DNA of 58,061 nt, counting the filler, from Sphacelaria rigidula (Eukaryota), in assembly GCA_964200075.2 (NCBI GenBank). It is 4 parts of 4 records of this genome, joined end to end, with 100 filler letters (N's around TTAATTAATTAA, not from the genome) between each part and the next. Parts side by side here need not be neighbours in the genome. Positions count along the whole stretch, not along the records: positions 14,543 to 28,983 come from CAXNAA020002241.1; positions 29,084 to 43,522 come from CAXNAA020002242.1; 2 more parts are not named here. One strand, 5' to 3'. Below are positions 22,393 through 34,800 of this stretch, piece after piece. Each line of letters starts with the position of its first letter. The first letter of the stretch is position 1. A program made the translations under genes and the position numbers. Below the pieces are notes generated by a model. The model was not told where the DNA came from. It made no database searches and worked only from the letters and a program-made list of their open reading frames with translations.

Positions 22393-25300
22393 AGACAGTG
22401 TGTGCCCCGGCAGCGGTGTTGGAGCTGTTGGGGCCAAGCACGGTGGTCGTCGTTTGCAGACATACGGTAGTGGGCGGTCTAATTATTCAGCGGGGTTTTG
22501 GGGTTTTCCTCGCGTACCACTCCTCGATAGAATGCGAAATTGCTCGCGTCGGTAGATTTCAGTACAATAAACAGATGATCCTCGGAACACAGTGCCCAAG
22601 TCAGTGCTAGTTGGTGTTAACGGGCGAAACGAGTAAATGCCCGGTTCATTAGGAGGGTATTATTGACCGTGAAACACAGTTTTTCGGCTCTAGTGCGGTA
22701 GCCAGAACTTCGAAAAAATAAAACTGTACATTTTTTTAGAAATATAATCAGGACAGGCTCGATCGACCGAAAATACCGAAAAGTAAGAATCTGGGCTGAA
22801 ACGTCGCAGGATCCCCGATGTCCGGTCAGCCCGTAAGTCACTCAATATTGAGTAAAGATTTTTTTTTTCGTTGGAATGTGGAGCGGATTCAAATATCTTC
22901 AGATTCCCACTATGATAGGCGTTTGCAAGCGAAAAGATCTCAATAAAATCCCCAACTACGAAGAAATCACAAAATGTCTCAAAATGAATAGTTAGACCGC
23001 CCACTACTACTGTACGCACTTTCGAAGTGAAGAGCAGAAACAATCCAGAAGCTACCTACTTGCCTGCAGTGCTGCTACGAGTGTACGCTACCGCACCATC
23101 TGAAAAGCGTATAGCTGGTGGTTTAATTGGGTGTATCTGCGCATACAACTCACAGAAAGGAAGCATGCTGCAATCTATGCGCGGGGCTGTCTACAGCCGG
23201 TATTTTTACTCGTGTGTGCTGGTGAAGCATCCCGAGAGAGCCGGTCGATCACGCCCTAGCCTGTTTGACTGCCCCGTATCACAGCGAGGTTGTGAGAAAG
23301 ATGTTCACCACAGTTTATGAACGCCATGCACGGGCAGGTAGCAGACTCTGTCCTTTATTTGGCTGGCGAAGGCAAGCAAACGACGAGATTCGCACCATCT
23401 GTAATGAGATATCTAGCAGCAACAGTGGATCTTGATAATAACGAGCGCTAGGCGATTGCCGAAATTTCAGACCTTCTTCCATTTTTTTTGTCTATAATAA
23501 AGGCCATAAGAGTCAAGTTCCTTCTCGTGCTTTCCCACTGCGCATCCTCGCTGAAGAAGCTAACATCATTGCTTTCGACCTTTTCGGTAACAGGGGCAGG
23601 AATGAGGAAAATCAAGTGAAGCAATGAAGAACATATATGGCGTGGAACCATCAGATCAGAATTCAACGATTCCGCGGTTTATTCTCGCCGTTTTTTTTTT
23701 TAATGAGACGCGTGTATGAATGAATATCGTCCGATAAAGTGAACATCTCACCCACACCTCATCTTGTGCCGAGAAAACACGGCCGTTCGGACCAGCGATA
23801 TTTTTTTACGGTGCAAAAGCGAAGTGCGGAGTACAGTCTTGATGCCCTACCTTAGCCACGCGTTTTGAAACTCGGAGCCGATTGCTATGCAGACGAACTC
23901 ACCACTTCGGATCTCCGTTAGTTTGCCGCTCACCCCTCAGCAGTTCGCCTTTCAGGTACTCGGCAGCCGTTTTTCGCACGGCAATGGCCTGCGATCTCAC
24001 TTGGGTCACAGCTGTTTGACAGTGTTCCTGATGACACGATACAGTATTCACAGTCGGTTGAGATCTGACGCTTTAAATTAGTCCACCTTCGATTTTGAGG
24101 CCTGAAAAGCATTTGGGTAGTACCTCCGCATCCTACTTCGAACGCGTCTGACATTCTCATGCTTAGCCAGAGCCATGAAATCGCACGCCACTCACACAAG
24201 TAGTGGAGCTAAGTGCCGCGCTGTTCGGTTGGGGTGCACCAAACAGGTCATCTGTCGGCGTACTGTATCGCACTCTTAACTGTGAAAACAGGGGTGACAT
24301 TACAAATCAGCACCAGAAAGTTCTACAGTGAGACAGTAGCTTACCGATTAAAGACCAATATTTTCTCTCACATGTATTTCTCACCATGTTACACCACGTT
24401 GATTTACAAAGACCGCGCAACACGACCTGAGGGACGCGATCCACACGGGCAGAATAATACGCCCGAGTTGAGCATGATGAACTATGGATGATGGCGGAGG
24501 AATATCTGACATGTTGCCTTGTACTATTGTCATTTCCCATTGAACTGGACTACAGTACATGGAACAGGGAAGCAACACTCGAAGCACAAGAAGAGCACTA
24601 TCGGTGTCTACGGAAGCCGATCCTCGTGGCCTATCAGCTGTGAATGGGCTACCAGTCGATGCGAATGATTTGAAAGCCGGTGAGAGTTCTTATACGGCAA
24701 GTTAGAGTAGAAGTGCGTGCTCCATAGCGTGATCAGGCGGGGAGCCTGTTCGTGCGCAGTTTGAAAACTCCGTACAGTCAGGACGGTCGTCGTACACAAC
24801 AGTGTAGAACACGGTACTTCGCAGATAAGACACATAGACTCCATACACAAAGCGCTATGAAACCTTTAGGCGCCCGTAGTCGACCACCTGATTATGGCGG
24901 TTGTTGTTCAAGTGGAAATCATGTCACTCTAACAGATACTTGTGGAGATAAAAGGATCAACCGTCTAAACGCCTTTGGATTCTGTTCCGAGAATTTCCCC
25001 CATCGCATCAGCGCGTTTTTTTCAAACCCACGGTCGGAAGATTAATAAGATTCCCGGGCAACCACGAACATAAACGTCACTTCTATGGTGGGAAGTATCT
25101 CGCTGTAGTGACGAGCTGCAGGCGATACTTCCTCCACGCTGAGAGAAATGCATCATGAGCACAAGAAAAATTTGCATGGGAGTAAGCCCGAATAGCAGCA
25201 GACAAATGAAGCAACCGGAGGATCACCAGGAGAAAGTAGGGATGCACCTGGTCACACATAGATACGAGCTGGGGCAGCCTAAAAACGGATTTAAGCTCTC

Positions 25301-25694
25301 AAAGCGATATCTCAACGACACAGACGACTTGGGCCATGATCCGCATATCGTATTAATCTTCTAATCACGGGGAAGGTGTCCATCTGCTTAAAAATATGGG
25401 CCAATTTTTTCTCGTCGAGTAAACCCCATATATATAGTAATTCCTATACCTAGCGGAGATAGCGTGCACACTAAAATCTATATGAACCCCCGAAAGATCG
25501 ATCAAGCGGATGATGACGATTTTTGGTGTGGACCTTCCCTGGAGCACGGGAAAACGATTGATACCCTCACTTTCACCTAATTCGTTATCTATCTCGAGAA
25601 ATGGCGCACATAAGGTTCCATACTAAAATCAGTATATTACGAGCAGAGGCACTAGATGACCTAAATCTGGATATCGCGTCTCAGTTTTTGAGAG

Positions 25695-26612
25695 TTGTGC
25701 TATGAAATTTGGTATGGAGAACCGCTAGTGCATAATGAAATAAAAAAACACAGCTTGTTCGGGGTTTTTTTCGTTTTTTTCTCATCTTTTTTCGTGTTTT
25801 TAGCGGGGTTGAGGAGAAATGGACATTGCTCTTGGGCCTTAACTCAACTTTTCAGCTCAATTTTTAGAATCATGGTTTGAAACTTGGCATGGAAAACGAC
25901 AGAGGTACGCTGAGTAAAAACAAAAATGGGCCTTCGTTTTTTTTTTTTGCATGAGAGGTTCGGGCGTTCTCGTAAAAAAATCATCGTCACCATACTAAAA
26001 CGCCCTCGATCAGTGAAAAAAAGTAATGAAACCCAACCTCATCCATTTTTCTTGGATCATCACGACCTAGCAAGGTCCCGCACAAAGTTTCAACCCACAA
26101 ACACCAAACGTGGGCCGATGAACGGCCTGCAAAATGCTGTTCCGAATTTCCGCCGCCTCGGTTTTTCAAAGGTAAATTCGCATTTTTTTTTCCTGGAGTT
26201 GGAAAATGAAATTTGGTATGGACAATCAACAGGGCATGAAGAAAAGCTGTCTGAGAGGTCCCGGCGATTTTTTTTTATCGTGAATTAAAGGCAAAAATCA
26301 GTTTTGAGGTTTGAGGAAAATGCCCGTAGCTCAAGAAAAAAAAAATCGTTGGGATCTCTCAGACTGCTTTTCTTCATGCCCTGTTGATTGCACACCCTGG
26401 ACAAGAGATTCTATTGTCAAAAAATGTACCGCGTTCAGTATGGAATCTATCGTCTATTGCGATAGGCGCAATAGTTCGATGCTGAACGCAGTAGACTTTT
26501 TGACTGTATTCTACTGTCCAGGGTATGGTTGATTGTCCATACCAAATTTCACTTTCCAAAAACTCCAAGAAAAGAATTGCGAATTCGCCTGCGAAGCACA
26601 CCCTGGACAATA
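25695..26612. repeat. Nested inverted-repeat (foldback/MITE-like) structure
   Basis: The motif gaaatttggtatgga occurs at ~25704, ~25879 and ~26208, and inverted at ~26536. Hairpins at 26223-26276/26336-26390 and 26395-26450/26471-26523. Confidence 0.75.
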
Positions 26613-28770
26613 TGTGGTCAATACTTGCAATACACAATAAACGTACTGCATAAAGTATAGGACTATTGCAGGCAAAGTACAAATCCGCTTGTAGGCTGGC
26701 CCAGCCTGTATTTTCGGTGAAATTGCTGCAACAATTTTCGAGCTGCCAGTACACAAGAGCCAAGCCGGACATTTTTTCATCATCCAGAATCATCGGATAA
26801 TTTTCAGACTGCTTTGCGTGTACGGGGGACGCGTGTTGCTTGTTGCTCGCGGCCACCTACCTCCATTTCTGCAATGTCTGTCGCGTTATTCTCCGCAGCG
26901 TGGCGCATCGCAACGCAACTAACCAGTACGCTCAGCACGTCTCGTACCTCAGCCTTCGCCATATCTTCCCACTTACGTCTAGCTCTAGCGGTGACACTAC
27001 AAAGCCCATGTGACGATACCAGGCGACGCGCCGTTAGCGTGTGCGTGGCGCCGACACGACTTGCGAAAAAATCTTGATGCGAAAAAACGGGTCCAACAGG
27101 GACGATTCGTACATGGGTACATTGCACCGAGCTACATAGTGCCTACGCGTAGTTCGGTATTACCACGTTGCAACAGGAGAGTGCGACAAAAACAAGCAGT
27201 ACGTGACATATGACAAGCAATGTGTAATGTGTTCCAGCTTGGGTGGCGGAGAGACCGGTGACGGTTTGACAAAAATCGAGAGCGAACGGCCGGCCGTTAC
27301 ACACAGCAATGGAAAATAACTAGCGGTTCACACCACCTTCTCCAATGCCGCTTCCATCAAGGCCACCAAGCACTGAGAGGGGTCGAGATCTACACAGCTG
27401 GTGTCGTGGACTCACTCTTCTGTTCGAGGAATATTTCAAAGAGGTATTAAATACATTAGTTCACCAGGCATCATGTCGGTGTTGCCGCCACCGCTGCTGT
27501 TGTTGGTGTTGTTGTTGGTGGTGGTGTTGGAGATGTGCCTCGATCGAGATCGATTTTTAAAATGCTTCCATGTTCTGCAACCAAGCAGATGATCGCACCT
27601 GCAGCACAGCTGTTACATCTCGGGGACCGCAGCCAGTCATCTGGTCGCTCTTACCTAGGAGCTCACTGCACTGCCTATAGTCCGCTTTTTCTCTGCACTC
27701 AATCGGCAATTCGCCATGCAAGGAAGATATTTTGAAGACGTTGTCGCGTGAGGTCGGTTGTACCGATGAGAAACGTTCCATTACTGTGTTATACATTTCC
27801 ATGTTCCAAACATAGTCTATTGATACTGTAGTACAGTATCGGCAGCAGAAAGTGTCAAGTGTCTCGCAGCAGATGGAAAGCGCGATGGGCGCGAGGCTCG
27901 GAGGAGGATTTTGAAATTCAAGGGTCTTGGTACCCTCCGGTGTATCCTACCATGCAGTGCAGTATAGTGCAGTCAACCCGACAGTCCGCACCTCGTGCCA
28001 TCAGTACATTCAGTACGTATTTGTTTTACTCTGTCATACTGACTGCGGTCGGGTTGCTGACACAAGGCGGGAGGTTGCGGTGCACTTACATGGTGAATTC
28101 ATAGCAAGCAAGTGTTGCGTTTCTGTTCCGAAATTGTTCGTGCGAAATCGAAGCAGTGCAGGACGAGGATATCCCCGACATGAACTTGGCGCAATGTAGC
28201 AAATGCAGTGCTATATACGGTACAGTCACAGTCGATACACTGTCCAGCAGTATAGCCATTTCTGAGATCAATTGGTCCGCACCGACTGTACTGTTGTACT
28301 GTAGTGTACGGTGCTGTGCAGTGCTGTGCTGTGCTGTGCTGTAGTTTCCCATCTCCCGCACTGCCGGCTTCAACGACATGAACGTACGGTAAAGCGATGG
28401 TGAAGTCAGTATCCGTACCGTGCCACAGAACTAACCGTCTGCACAAAATGTATAGGGATGCGCTTTTTCATTATTCAAGCTCATTCAATCATGTGCCTAG
28501 GCACCGCCGTCACTGACGATGCTGACGATCAAGGGTTGTCGCTGATGTTTCGAAGAAGCCTGACTAGGGCGGGTTTTAACGCGGGCTCTTGTCGGAGATA
28601 GTAATCGCTTGAAAAAAGAAACATTTTTGGGGAAATGTCCTGCGATTGGTCGCTACGTTCCCCCCCCCCCACTCCTGAAAGAAAGAAAACGATGGCTATA
28701 CTAAGAGAAAAATGGTAGCTATGGACAGCGAAACAGGAAGGGGAGAAGGTATGTAATTTTTTTTGTGTAA

Positions 28771-28932
28771 TGTATGGAAGAAACGTAATGTGCACCTAAA
28801 TGTTGGAAGTGTCTCTATTAGGAGTAGGAACGGTGCTCCGTCTCGAAAGGAATGCGTGGTCAATGGTCAAACCACTAAGCTAAGCAAGAAATGGGTGCCC
28901 CCCCCCCCCCCCCCCCCCCCCACCCCACCCCC
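28771..28932 (+). mobile_element. Short dispersed retroposon-like repeat, longer copy C with long poly-C tract
   Basis: 5' extension tgtatggaagaaacgt...aatgttggaagtgtctctattagg shared with copy D, then the core, then ~24 uninterrupted C. Confidence 0.85.
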
Positions 28933-28983
28933 ACAAACCTAACCCATCCGCCTCCCCTCGTCTTATCCTTGTGATAGTGTTTT

Positions 28984-29083
28984 NNNNNNNNNNNNNNNNN
29001 NNNNNNNNNNNNNNNNNNNNNNNNNNNTTAATTAATTAANNNNNNNNNNNNNNNNNNNNNNNNNNNNNNNNNNNNNNNNNNNN
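28984..29083. other. Artificial contig linker
   Basis: Same N44-TTAATTAATTAA-N44 structure. Confidence 0.97.
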
Positions 29084-29792
29084 TGGGACCTTGGTGTGCA
29101 AGAAAGCCATCGAGTAACCGTTAATATAGCCGGTAGAATGTCGTCAGTAGAGCTGTGGAACGTTTCATTTTGGCTGGTTTGTTGCAGGCCGCCGAGTTTG
29201 GTGCGCCCCACCCTTGGTCAGTTCTCATCAGACCCCAGCTTTAGGGTTGCAGCAACAAGGGCTTGTATCTCCATAGCAGAGCATCAATAATAAAAACATC
29301 ATCAAAAAGGTTATCGCCATCTGTCTTCTTCCCTCTCCACACTTCCACGGGGAGCTTCCACCCTGACTGTCCCAGCTGCTGTCCTCAGCCCTGGTTGACT
29401 GTACCACCAAGAGCACACCACAGATCAAAGAACCTACTAGTGAGAAGAAGGGATTCTCTATTTCTGCGGAGCGAAATCTAGGTTCCTCTCAAATCCCAGA
29501 GGACACGATTGCGGGTCTGTTCAGAGCTGGCCGGGTTCGGATGTGAGCTTGTATATTGGTAACAGATGGCGAGATAGATCGGCTGGGATCGATATAGCTC
29601 GCCCACCCTCTAGCACTATCAACTGCTCCTCTATCGCCCTCCAGCAAAAGAAGTCTAGCTATGGGTGAGACGCATTGGGTTGAATTGGACTGATTGAGTG
29701 GGTACTGGAGTTAGAATCAAGATAATCAAGAGAGAAGTGAAGAACCTATTCGCGTGAACCTCGTCTGATGTTTTGATACTGAGTGGGTCACA
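29084..29792. mobile_element. Probable LTR (solo, or terminal LTR of an element extending off-contig)
   Basis: A 709-bp non-coding segment bounded by TG...CA with short inverted termini tgggacc / ggtcaca and an aataataaaa signal at ~29286. The contig starts exactly at its edge, and no PBS or PPT is visible on the available flank. Confidence 0.45.
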
Positions 29793-31861
29793 CTGTATCT
29801 ACAAGTTGTAGCAGCATCTACAAGTTGTAGCAGCCTGACGGTTGTACACTTGTCTGCCAAGCTTGTGCCTTGAGTTGCAAGCTGTGTCCTTGCATTATAC
29901 TGCCGCCTGCTCTTTATTACATTGGGGTTTGACTAAAGAACTTCTTCTTTGGCTATTACGTTTCATTCTTGTACCGATTTGTATCCCTGGCTACTAGCTG
30001 TGTATTCCAGCTTTTTGATCATTTGCCCCTTTTCCCCAGGACGGTTTGAGTCAAATCTACCGCCCAGGTAGTCAGTAGCTCTCGAGCTTCTGCCCCGCGT
30101 GTCTCTCGGTAAAGTGTATTCGTGCCCTGCTACTTGCAATTGTTGTAGCGCTCGACGCCACATCTTGTGTGGTCAACGTGGGGTCAACGCGCACTGCTTG
30201 CTGTTCTTGCCGTGCTGTCAATTTGATATCATCTGCACAAGGCCCAACGGTATCAGTCCCGCCTGCACGACTTGTGAATCTTTTCTTGATTCAACAGCCC
30301 GGCACAACCCCCGCACCAAGCCATCGTTGGCTCGTGTATTTGGCCTTATGGCCCCCTTTCCTTCTGCAGAATAAGTCTTCTACCACTGGATTGTACAGAA
30401 CACCAGTGCACAAAGGCGCACTGTTGTTCATAGCCAGCCGCTGTTTCTGACCTGAGCTCCTGCCAAGCCGGCACGCTGCTGCTCTTATTTTTCAGTATCG
30501 ATTGTACGCGACTGTTGTATCTTTCCTTCACGAAATTACTAAACAAGTACAGACCGTGTTCACACAGCGTGATGGCGGACGTCTGTACACGAACTTTGGA
30601 TTGTTCCCGCACTTCACCTTCGTTGCTCATAGCGACCTTCTTGTTGTTGTAGCTTCAGCTTCGTTGCTTGTGCCTACTTTGTTCTTGTTGTCCTCTTGTG
30701 TACTTCGCACAGCCGCAAGGCAACGTGGCACATCACCGTGGTAAGTATCAATACACAGCATAACGTACTGTTAGTTTTTTCTCCTTTGACCCCTTCTCGA
30801 CCGAACAACTTTACTGTTCCGAGACGGTTTCGTTGAAATACTTCTAGTTGAAACATTTCAACCTCCGTTACGTGCTCATTTGAACAGACAGCACTCGAAA
30901 TCGGTGCCCCTTGCCTGCGCACTACAAATGTTTCGGCGCCCGCTCCCAGCGTTGCCCCTGTTGTGCATCACATCACCTTTGTTCCACATACATAGGTTGT
31001 CTCAACTTCGTTGGATAACAAGCCTTCGCTCTGCACTACGCAGTCCGAGTTCGCGGTCTACAACCCAAGCTTTGTAAAAGCTTTTGTGCTGCCTTATGCT
31101 GCACAGTTTTCGTGCGCATCTGAGAAAATATATCTATATCTTTAGTTTTTCATTTGCACGCCGCCAGTCGTTCCTCAACTTGTGCTGGGATCATACAGTT
31201 ATAGTCTGCCCGTGACGCTACATCCGGAACATGTGTAAGTTGTTCTTCCACGTAACAACGCTGCTACAGACACTCGGGTCTTCGGTTGTCTTCGGCGGCA
31301 TACGCCTGTTCTGCGCACAACCCCGTGCTAGCTATTACCGCCACAACTTGAATAAAGTCGTATCAATCAGACCCCGGACATCGTTATTACAAGCCGCAAT
31401 TCGCTTGAACAAATTACTCAAGTAAATCAGGTCCCACGGTCCCCTCAGGCGCTATTAGGCTTCATTATCCAGTATTTTCCGGATCAAGCTTTGGCTTCTG
31501 CACGTAGCATCACCTGGTGTCACGCTCCTTTGATTAGAGCCGCAGACCAGACATGCTGTACCTTCCTTTTTAAGCACAAAGGCTGCGTACGATCATCATG
31601 TCGCACAAAAATAACGCTGGCTCTTCCCCTCAATTGGGAAACCAACCGCTTCGCCGGACCCGTAGTCAAACTACTGGCGGTTCGAAATCTTTCAGGGTGA
31701 GCGGCACGCCACCTTCAACACATCGCCGCACGTATGCGAGCGCTGTTCGTTCTTCGGGATCTGAAGACCAACATTAGAGCAAAGCTCATTCTTCAACACT
31801 TGACGACCAGACTTTGACGCCGAGACCTGTTCTCTCACGTTCCGACTAGGACTCAGAGAGC

Positions 31862-34800
31862 GTGGTAGTGCACCCGGCCGAGTCATTGGTTTCTGACGCG
31901 CATGTCAGTGAGCTCATAACGGTGGATTCCGTCGCACCACACCCCTCGCTGGCTCCTGCTCCCCCGAATCCCAATGTGGAATCCGGAGTTAGGATTGTGC
32001 CCTCAGTCGAGTCGTTGCCCCTGGACACACGTGTCCAGCTCGGCCCTCTCACGGTTGCTTCTACCGTGGCACCCCGTCGCTTGACGGCTGACAACTCTCG
32101 AGACGATTCTGTCCCGACGAAGCGCATCGCTTCTGGAGCAAGAGACTTTGTCACACGGGCTGCTTCCGTTACGGACCCCCTTCGCAAGACTCTTGATAGT
32201 CCCATGCGCCCTACTGCGCAATCCAATGTCGGACCTGCAGTTGCGGCCATGCATGCTGCCATGAAAACTCTGCATCGCACCTCCTCGGCGTCATCGCCAT
32301 CGCCAGCATCAGCTCTCATTGAGGCATTTACGACTTTTTGCCACGCCATGCTCCAAGATCAGTCTGCGTCTGCTCATGTGCAATTCAAGGATAATTCGGC
32401 ACCTGCCACGCCCAAACCCGTACGTCTGGCGACCCGTTCGGCGATATTGCGTCCTCCGTTCGTCACTCATGATAAATTCAACGACCATGAGTCCAGCCCT
32501 TCCTTAATGTCGCATGTATGGAAGAAACGTAGTGAGCTACGGAAGGAAAGTAATGAGCGCCAGAATGTTGGAGGTGTCTCTATTAGGNNNNNNNNNNCTC
32601 GAAAGGGATGCGTGGTCAATGGTCAAATGACTAAGGCAAGCAACAAATGAGTACGCCCCCTTAACGTCGCAGCAGAGCCATACTCACGCTTCTGACCGGC
32701 GCCACAAACCGAGACTTGATCATGACCATGTCTCCCGTTCTAGCAGTTCTAAGGGCCACTCCCAGCAAAGCTTGAACTCATCGCGCGCTTCCACACGCCC
32801 GAAGAACACCGCTCATGGACACAAATATGAAGGTAGTTCGCGCCATAGTTCCAATTCATCCCGCGCTCCTAAGCGCCCGGTGAACACTAACCATGGCCGT
32901 ACTCACGACGATGCCTTGCGGCCCAGATCAAGTTCTTCGCGCGTTAACTCGCGCTTGAACATGTCCGATCATGCACCTTCGCGCATTTCTACTGCTCAGC
33001 CTTTGTCGCACAACCGTTATGTACGCAATGATAACACTGTGCATGCTGACGATATCCAAAACATATTTTTCGGACATGTCACCGGCTCCGGAATCCTCAC
33101 TTGCAGGGTCCGACCGCACTTCATCGCACAACCGTCGACAACGCACTGACCGCGAACCACCGTCCCGTTCCGACGCTGCGCTTATTCGTTCTCTGCAACA
33201 ACGTTTAACATATCTCGAAGGGCAACTCGCAACAGCAACCATGGACACCAAGTGCACTACCGCTGCTGCCAAGCCAACGAGGGAGACCACCAACGCCGCT
33301 CCAACTACCGCCGCAGCCGCCACTACCGTGGTCACTGCGCCTTCTGCCGCAGCCACTGCAGCCACGGCCCCAACTCCTGCTGCCGCCCAGCCTGCAGTAG
33401 ACACTGATGCGGATTGTGGTCCCATCACTGCCCCTGTAGGGGACGTCTCCGTGCGCTCGCCTCCTTCGGTGGAGGATCTTCCTCCGCTCGGCGACGAGCA
33501 TTGCCCCACCGGGCTTCTCTTGAGATTATTCCAGGACCACCCCCGCGCAGAACAAGAACGGCTCATTCAAGACTACAAGTACCAAGCCCCGGGGCTAGCT
33601 CGCAATATACTAGACCAGCAACGCAATGCTGACGAGGCTGCCGCCCGCCTCCTTTTGGAGGTACATGCTGCAAAGCTGAAGGATTTTCAGCGACAGGCTT
33701 CATTTGCTCAAGCCACCAAGACGGCGGCGCACAGGGTATTAGAAGAAGGGCAGACTGCAGCCTTGACGGCAAAAAGGAGGGTTCGCGAGCTACAAGATCA
33801 TGTTCGGCGCAGTACGCAAGGAGCAGATTTGTCGATGGCACGGGTGACTCAGCATCAAGCCTCCCCGCCGCCTTCCGCCAACCACTTGCTTGAAGCTCGA
33901 CCGCCTCGACAGCCCACGCACACCAGGTCGGACTATGTGATTCCATTTAAGTCCGACAGGGCGTCATCTGTCGCGGCCGTCGCCGCCCCCACGCCGCCTC
34001 GTGCACCAGGCCCGGCGGTCACTGCCAGCCCCCCACACGCTTGCAACTTGCATCACACGAACGAGTGTGGCTTTCTCGGTCTGCGGTCGATTATGCTGGC
34101 CCCTTTCACCGGAACAATCACCTGAACTGTTCCCGCCACGCTTGGAACACCATATCCCAACGCATGTTAGCCGTTATTGGTGGCTACGTAGAACAAGGCG
34201 GCTTCTTCCCGGACGCCGGCGTGTCAGCGATCACCTTGGACCAACTGGTCCTCCAGGCGACAATCGGCGATAGTCCTCATCTCCACCAGTACGTCGACAC
34301 TGTCACCAACCTTTTTGCGGCACTACGCGCCGCTTCTAACTCTGATCCCGCCACGACTCTCCCCGACGATGACGAAGATGAGGATGGGTGGACCACCACG
34401 ACCTCCAATTGCCGGGGTCACAAGAAGAATCACCGTCGCGATGACGATGACAAGAATGGCGGGAATTCACGCCGCCGCCATGGCGTTGGAGGACCTTCTT
34501 TGGGCGGCTCCGGATCAAACCGCCCGCCCTGCAAGCCGAAAGTCAGGCACACCGGAGGCAACGCTTCCGGATCATCCGCATCGGCCTGGAACCGGTCCGG
34601 TGCAGGTCTTCCCGCCTCGGGCTCGGAGACCCCCAAGCGAGTGGTTCCTAAGTTCGCTGATGTTTCGGCCCGCATTTTAGGTTTGTCCGATACGGATACA
34701 CATGACCGTCCTTTGTCTTCTACTGCAGCCCGCGCCTTAGCAACGGCTGCGGCTAACAAGGAACGTTCCGAAGCTAGCAAAAGCAGCTTCCGATAGAGCT

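Noticed and set aside
30728..31530. Candidate LTR end/PBS for the Gypsy element (acatcaccgtggtaag at ~30731; gcatcacctggtgtcacg at ~31507)
   Set aside because: There is no second LTR to compare and no tRNA complement I can verify.
31862..32650. ORF ending ...RKGCVVNGQMTKASNK as a conserved protein motif (also ORF 50291-50569)
   Set aside because: The peptide is just the translation of the inserted short repeat.
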